This document shows, piece after piece, positions 63,924 through 64,000 of a DNA stretch of 64,000 nucleotides. The stretch is from NCBI GenBank assembly GCA_951406725.2, contig OX597817.1:14942001-15006000 (forward strand), written 5' to 3'. The position numbers and the translations under genes were made by a program. Numbering within the stretch: position 1 is the stretch's first letter; each line of letters starts with the position of its first letter. The stretch comes from Octopus vulgaris (Eukaryota). The notes beneath the pieces are model-generated. The model did no database searches and had not been told where the DNA came from. It worked only from the letters and a program-made list of their open reading frames with translations.

Positions 63924-64000
63924 TATTTAATATGTCTATTATTATTATTATTCTGTGTGCATTTGATGTGTATTTGTAGGTTATATGTATAAAGTCAGTA

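Overview
AT-rich, repeat-dense eukaryotic DNA, not prokaryotic; the repeat complement suggests an octopus or other cephalopod, which is an inference. One protein-coding gene spans most of the window: an 8-exon, + strand mitochondrial ribosomal protein L45 gene (MRPL45/mL45, Tim44-like domain). Its CDS is join(1448-1513, 6076-6201, 8734-8869, 26969-27033, 31989-32140, 35397-35451, 49127-49276, 56473-56754), 1032 nt or 343 aa, with all introns GT-AG and phase-compatible. Almost every other ORF in the track is a transposon relic or a spurious frame. The introns and 3' flank hold several tRNA-derived SINE families, RTE LINE 3' fragments with a minisatellite 3' UTR, two piggyBac-type TTAA MITE families, mariner/Tc1 relics, Helitrons, R4/Dong LINEs, a BovB-like RTE and a Penelope relic. 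The most notable observations are: (1) three different short elements, each with a Penelope-type minimal type-I hammerhead ribozyme fold, one being a G3-C8 core variant in a 145-bp TSD-flanked insert whose empty site survives in an adjacent tandem duplicate; (2) a tandem array of candidate H-type pseudoknots in the RTE 3' UTR; (3) inverted repeat pairs bracketing exons 3 and 7; (4) a Dong element sitting in a (TAA)n tract; (5) a precise head-to-tail Helitron dimer. Everything was read by eye with no database searches, and repeat boundaries are approximate.
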